DNA from: Trichodelitschia bisporula
Taxonomy: Eukaryota
DNA: 64,000 bases
Assembly: GCA_010356995.1 (NCBI GenBank)
Contig: ML996689.1
Coordinates: 514,691-578,690, forward strand
Direction of reading: 5' to 3'
The position numbers and the translations under genes were made by a program. This document shows positions 62,766-64,000 of the stretch, piece after piece. Numbering within the stretch: the stretch's first letter is position 1; every line of letters starts with the position of its first letter. The notes beneath the pieces are model-generated. The model was not told the DNA's origin. It worked only from the letters and a program-made list of their open reading frames with translations, and did not search any database.

Positions 62766-64000
62766 ATGGCAGGCAATCCAAGAAAGCGCACAGTCAACCG
62801 GACGGAATGGCTCGAGGAACCTAGCTCCAACGGAAAGCGCTTCTTCATCCCGAACACCTGCAAGTGGATTCGGACCGAACAGCCTTTTACATCCTGGCTC
62901 CGTAACGAAGACTTGTCGCCTTTACTATGGGTTAATGGGGCTCCTGGCAGTGGCAAGACCTTTCTCGCGCAGAACATCGTTGAATATATCACGGAGTCGA
63001 ACCCGCGTGCGACCGTCCTCAGTTACTTCTGCGATGCATATTCCACGCCGGCCTCGATTGCTCGTGCCTTCACCGCCCAGCTTCTCCGCGATGAACGGGT
63101 CGCCGAAGAGGCTCGTACTGATATTGCGCACGTCCTGGGGAGCCAGCCGGGACTAACGGATAATGCCGGCTTCCCGCTATGGGAGAAGCTTACTTCGCTG
63201 TCCCAATGGAATCGGTTAACCTTCATTGTCATTGATGGCCCAGATGAGATGAAGAAGGCTTACTTGGACGGCTCTGAATTTGACGTCCTCGACCGGCTTC
63301 TTCAAATCGTTCTCGTGAAGCCTGGGGCCGGAAGCGTCAGGGTCTTGGTCTCAAGCCGCCCGGAACCACACCTCCACGCGGTGCTTAAGCACTTCTCGCG
63401 GATGACACCCTCCGCCGAAAAGGTCTCCGAAGACATGGAGCGCTTTGTATCGGCTGAGATTACTCGATTCCCACAGCTGCAGCCACATCGAGAAAAGATT
63501 ATCAAGACGATATGCCCCGAGGCCGACGGGATATTTCTCTGGGCTGGGCTTGCGATCAAGGCCCTCGCTGCTACGGGCGCCGAGGGCGATATCATGCGCG
63601 ATCTCGATTACCCGACACTCGACAATCTGTACACCAAGATCCTCCAAGACACAGATGAATTATCACCTTTCGATCTTGACCTCCGCAAACATATCCTCGA
63701 AGCCATTACCGTGGCGGTCCGTCCACTTAGGGTTGTCGAGGTCATGAATGCGGTGCTTCTCTCTACGAACGCCTTGATTCTGGATTTTAGGACGAGAGCC
63801 ATCAAGGTCTGCGGCACGTTGGTGAAAATCGAGGATGACGAAATCAAGCCCATCCATTTCTCGCTCCGGGACTTCCTCCAGAAGCAACCAAAGCCCCTTC
63901 AGATCGAAAGCGCACATTTGCACATGACGCAAGCCTGTATCCAATACCTGAGTCACCCCGCCTTCACCAAGTTCTACGATGCACTACCAGATGTCGATCA
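62766..64000 (+). CDS. NACHT-type NLR (STAND NTPase), partial; runs off the window
   Basis: Open frame absent from the ORF track: NTCKWI, LLWVNGAPGSGKT (Walker A), FIVIDGPDE (Walker B), LVSSRPE, ADGIFLWA, CGTLVKI, IHFSLRDFL. Confidence 0.92.
   Translation, partial: MAGNPRKRTVNRTEWLEEPSSNGKRFFIPNTCKWIRTEQPFTSWLRNEDLSPLLWVNGAPGSGKTFLAQNIVEYITESNPRATVLSYFCDAYSTPASIARAFTAQLLRDERVAEEARTDIAHVLGSQPGLTDNAGFPLWEKLTSLSQWNRLTFIVIDGPDEMKKAYLDGSEFDVLDRLLQIVLVKPGAGSVRVLVSSRPEPHLHAVLKHFSRMTPSAEKVSEDMERFVSAEITRFPQLQPHREKIIKTICPEADGIFLWAGLAIKALAATGAEGDIMRDLDYPTLDNLYTKILQDTDELSPFDLDLRKHILEAITVAVRPLRVVEVMNAVLLSTNALILDFRTRAIKVCGTLVKIEDDEIKPIHFSLRDFLQKQPKPLQIESAHLHMTQACIQYLSHPAFTKFYDALPDVD

Noticed and set aside
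1..64000. tRNA, rRNA, CRISPR arrays, and long antisense ORFs over GC-rich genes
   Set aside because: No RNA-gene or array structure seen. The antisense ORFs are codon-bias shadows of real genes.

Overview
Intron-rich genomic DNA from a filamentous ascomycete (Pezizomycotina); most introns I could place are ~44-60 nt GT..CTRAC..AG. Positions 1-10.1 kb are a nested retroelement stack: two Ty1/Copia families with short LTRs, a full-length Tad1-like LINE inserted into a Copia RNase H with a 17-bp TSD, a solo LTR, and a second 5'-truncated LINE. From 11 to 56 kb are mostly ordinary genes: a kinase-like protein, DUF3237, PhoD-like phosphatase, FATP acyl-CoA synthetase, SPC25, DUF6590, UBA1, RPL6, RPN13, a Zn2Cys6 TF, a PQQ-like propeller, GH114, a HET pseudogene and an alpha/beta hydrolase. 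The main result is at 56.4-64 kb. A 6-exon gene, split across several ORFs in the track, encodes an N-terminal PNP_UDP/MTA-nucleosidase-fold domain fused to a C-terminal domain whose motifs align by eye with the STING cyclic-dinucleotide-binding domain. Its neighbours are a divergent CorA-like gene, an S1/P1 nuclease and a NACHT NLR with no apparent N-terminal effector. This is a candidate fungal nucleotide-signalling immune locus. All family calls come from motif recognition by eye; no database search was run.
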